A DNA stretch of 55,352 nt, the filler included, from Squatina squatina (lineage: Eukaryota): the NCBI GenBank assembly GCA_031763465.1. It is 3 parts of 3 records of this genome, joined end to end, with 100 filler letters (N's around TTAATTAATTAA, not from the genome) between each part and the next. Parts side by side here need not be neighbours in the genome. Positions count along the whole stretch, not along the records: positions 39,475 to 55,352 come from JARFOE010000194.1; 2 more parts are not named here. The stretch is one strand, 5' to 3'. Below, piece by piece: positions 51,762 to 55,352 of this stretch. Below the pieces are notes generated by a model. That model had not been told where the DNA came from. It worked only from the letters and a program-made list of their open reading frames with translations, and did not search any database. The translations under genes and the position numbers were made by a program. How positions within the stretch are numbered: position 1 is the stretch's first letter; every line of letters begins with the position of its first letter.

Positions 51762-51868
51762 GGTTCAAGAAGGCGGCTCATCACCACCTTCTCAAGGGCA
51801 ACTAGGGATGGGCAATAAATGCTGGCCTTGCCAGCGATACCCACATCCCAGGAACGAATAAAAAAAAA
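51762..51868 (+). mobile_element. SINE/LINE shared 3' tail
   Basis: ggttcaagaaggcggctcatcaccaccttctcaagggcaactagggatgggcaataaatgctggccttgccagcgatacccacatccca followed by poly-A. Confidence 0.85.
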
Positions 51869-52556
51869 CACCTGCTTTCAAGTTCATTATAGTATGGCTT
51901 GGAATTCAGCAATCAATTTTCTATTGTCCATACAGAGCAGAAAACTCATACCTTATCTGTTTAAGCCATGGCTTATCAAAGAGTGACAGTAGCAACACTA
52001 GTGGGCTTGTCTGCTGTGCACACCATTTCCCGGAGGGAGTGCATGATGACAAGTGGTCTGTAAGGATGGAAGAATAAGAGAAAATGGGAAAAATGAAAAA
52101 GAACAATTTTCAAGTCTGAAAACATTTTATTAAATAAATTCACTTAAAAAGCATTATTCTTTTTGATTCGTTTTTGATACTGAACACAACTGAGATGGAG
52201 AAGGAATAATCCTGTCGACCCTGTTCTTTATTAATATAGGTGGAGTATGAAAAATGACATTATGTGGCACATATGACAGCAGTGAGGAATAGTGTAATTA
52301 GGTCCATTACTGACAGGCTACGTGGTGCTACTTTGTCTGACTGGCCATGAATCGGGCCATTAACCCACCTGTCAGGCCACAAAGTGAGACGCTGAAATAT
52401 GTACCACGCTTGAAGGTAGATTTACACCAGGAAACATTTGGTACAAAGTCAGCATTCCTGTGGTTCTCTTGCATAATAAGATTAGATGCACCAAGCATGT
52501 TAACTCTATATCAGCAGTCCGTGTGGCTGAGAGTACATTGCAAAGCTGTACCTGCC

Positions 52557-52904
52557 CAATCATTAATCTCTAAATCATTACACTCTGTCATTTCACCCTC
52601 AATCATCACCCCCTCAATCATTAACTTCAATCATTACACTGCCAACCATTGCACTCTCAATCATTACAGCCTCAATCATTACAATCTCAATCATTAAAGT
52701 CACAATTGTTAAACTGTCAATCATTATACTCTCAATCATTACACTCTCATTCAATAAACTCATAATCATTACTCTGTCAATCATTACAGTCTCAATCATT
52801 ACACTGCCATTCATTGCATCTCAATCATTACAATCTCAATCATTACAATCACAACCATTACAATTCCAGTCATTCCAATCTGTGATCATTACAACCTCAA
52901 TCAT
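52557..52904 (+). repeat. 15-bp minisatellite, about 23 copies, running into a gap
   Basis: Consensus TCAATCATTACACTC repeated in tandem. Confidence 0.95.
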
Positions 52905-53004
52905 NNNNNNNNNNNNNNNNNNNNNNNNNNNNNNNNNNNNNNNNNNNNNNNNNNNNNNNNNNNNNNNNNNNNNNNNNNNNNNNNNNNNNNNNNNNNNNNN
53001 NNNN

Positions 53005-53081
53005 CCTTAGGCAAGTATGCAACTTTTTTTGCGATTGGAGGCATCCACACGTAGGAAGCCTCCAATCGCAATTTCAGGGCC
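53005..53081. mobile_element. Harbinger-like MITE right end with a subterminal hairpin
   Basis: Ends AATTTCAGGGCC; hairpin 53029-53046 / 53054-53071 (17/18 paired). Confidence 0.6.
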
Positions 53082-53994
53082 AATATAGCCCCATAACCGG
53101 CTTTGGCGATGTCTCCCCGGGTGCGTGGGAACATCTGCTGGATCACCCGCAGAGTTGTTCATGGTACCACAAATGAAGCACTGTGGTATGCTCTGTAACA
53201 TATCAGGGCTACTGACTGCTGGTGATTGTAACAAAACTACAATGAACTGAACTAATTATTCAAAGTGTCAGTAATATTTTCATGTTCAAATTATGTGATT
53301 CCATTATATTTCACAGGAACAATAAGTGAATCATTAAGCAAATCATAAATTGGATTAAGAATGTTTTTCTGATATTTTTAACTCAACTGTTGTAATTTTT
53401 CCGTGATTTTTTTTGTTGTTATTTATACCATTATAGGACAGCTGTCCAGTTAAGAATAGCTTGTCATTTTATATATATTATGTGCCAATAATGGTTAATT
53501 TCTCCTGAGCCACTGCTGAAAGTACTGAAAACCATTGGCATGGTCGATGCTGAATAACCAATTTGAGAGCAGGGCTTTCTTGAAAAGTATGCTCCCTCAT
53601 GAGAAAGAAACTTCCAAACCATGTTCCCTCTCAGCTGTCTTGGTGAAAAATGACCATTAGGCCAATGGAATGTCGCCTGACTGGTCATTTGAAATCATGG
53701 TCAATGTTTTCTGTCAAGTGCTTCCCAGTTGCTAATGACCACTTTTTATCTTTGCTTATGAAAACACACCAAGAAAATGGAAGAACTCAATTGGCCCAAA
53801 TTTCCTGAATACTTTTGGTACAGCCCCATTTTTTTTGCAAGGGTATTAGCATATAATTGTGTGATGCCAGTTTTACATTGGTACGCACAAATCATTTGTG
53901 ACAGTTCTGAGATTATGCCCATCAAAATGCTCCATCCCCAGTTTCCTGCATTTATGCAGAAAGTGGTCTTGTTGAAAAATCTCTAGGTTACATT

Positions 53995-54285
53995 TAAGGT
54001 GGCTGCGGGAGAGGTTGGTAGAGTCAGAGGTACTGCTGGGACCATTAGGTTTTACAGATATGAAGCTGGGGAAAGTTACAGTTCATCCATTAGCTGATGT
54101 TGGACAAGGAGTTGAAGAGGTTGAAAGCCACAGTGGAAGTAAAGTGAAAGGTAGAGGGAGACAAGTAAAACTGAGCGTCATTGGCATAGATTTGGAAAAT
54201 GACTGCATGTTTTTAGATGATGTGGCCAGGAAGCCTGATGAAAAGGAGGGGACCAGAGTGGAGGAAGAGGTGCCCAGAGGCAAGA
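53995..54285 (-). mobile_element. Decayed L2-clade LINE RT fragment
   Basis: The minus strand gives II.KHAVIFQIYANDAQFYL (YADD-like), followed by W/MN.NFPQL.I.KT. Confidence 0.65.
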
Positions 54286-54339
54286 CTTAAGAGTAGAAAA
54301 ATCAAAACCCAAAAATATGTTTTGAGTATACCAGATATT

Positions 54340-54547
54340 TTTAAGTAAGGGGACATGGGCTGAAACTTAGAAAAGGAAAGGTGCACAGACTATTTTACAC
54401 AGAGGATGGTGAATGTGTGGAAGCAGAAAGTGTGGACCATTTAAGGGAGAACTGGATCTTTGAACGAATGGGTGATTAAGGATATTAGTTTTTGGGACTG
54501 ACTGGGTGGACTGAAGAAGCGTTTCTGGTCTTGTACTTTCTTATGTT
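54340..54547 (+). mobile_element. Old CR1 3' end
   Basis: RGHGLKL (aggggacatgggctgaaactt), YFTQRMVNVW (tattttacacagaggatggtgaatgtgtgg), and a tail ending ttcttatgtt. Confidence 0.7.
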
Positions 54548-55352
54548 GTTCCTAAGCACATAAGGTGATATTTTTGTTCCATCCTAATTATAAGTTTCAT
54601 TTACAAACATACATGGTAGTGCTCAGTCCTTTGAGTCAACAAAAAAGAACTAAACAGCTTGTGCAGCATTTGGCATCAGCAGAGCTGGAGGGTTAGAAGG
54701 AAACTAGACCTGACTGTAATATTAATGCGCCCACTAATTCCCCCACTGTGTGTTAATTGGGATTGAGTTTCCCCTTTCACCTTGAAGATTGTAACCATGC
54801 ACATTGCAGACATTATACAATTGGTATAGTGAGCCCAAAATTACATATTGCTACAAAAAATGGTGCAGATTTGAAGATTTAAAGAAGGGACGCGGTCCAT
54901 TTTATCAGGCATTCAACCACGGATATTATAATGACTACAGCTGTAGACAATTGATGGTCGATTGATTGACTAACCACTGCACCACCACTGCCTGATTATA
55001 GTCTCCCAAAAATTAACAGCGTAAACTGCTTAGAACGGGGTAAAAAAAACATCAAAATTACTACTCATTGTTCTAGAAAATTGGACTCTCAACCAGCTCT
55101 GGCAAAGCACCAAAATGACTTGTAATTCTGCAATTAATTTTCCCTTCTTAGATGAAAGCATTATCCTATTTGTGTTTCTGCTCAACAAATTACTGAGATC
55201 AACATCGTTTTTAGAAAAATCAATCAGGCATTATATGATGCGAGGCAGTAAAAGTATGGAGATGTGAGGCACAAAGAAAATTTAAAAGTTACAATCAAAT
55301 CAGGTGATAAGCTGCTTGATGTTATATGATGTGTTCAAGGGCTCCATTAACC

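Noticed and set aside
52557-52904. Periodic ORFs (MIESV repeats / NHYxL repeats)
   Set aside because: They are translations of a 15-bp minisatellite with no splice or homology support.

Overview
Vertebrate genomic DNA, almost certainly a cartilaginous fish (shark), judged from the repeat families: a DeuSINE/SacSINE1-type SINE, CR1 tails, Penelope-type termini and abundant PIF/Harbinger MITEs. The window is a fragmented draft scaffold of about 1-4 kb contigs joined mostly by exactly 100-N gaps, two of which contain a synthetic TTAATTAATTAA linker. Host coding sequence is limited to pieces of three genes: one fibrillin cbEGF exon (10027-10152), the first two coding exons of SIPA1L1 (12719-14240, 15092-15222) and part of the large exon of SLC32A1/VGAT (25856-26470). 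These genes are unlinked in human, so their adjacency here is probably an assembly artefact. The rest is intronic/intergenic DNA rich in mobile elements. The most notable signals are (i) a minimal hammerhead-ribozyme motif in a Penelope-type repeat just upstream of the SIPA1L1 splice acceptor, (ii) a GC-rich Harbinger MITE family, including a complete copy built from at least six tandem stem-loops, plus a decayed Harbinger transposase, (iii) a LINE and a SINE sharing a 3' tail, (iv) a uORF-dense SIPA1L1 leader with an ATGA stop/start overlap, and (v) an IR/DR-type Tc1 end. I found no prokaryotic-type system such as CRISPR or an operon. All family assignments come from recall of motifs, not from database searches.
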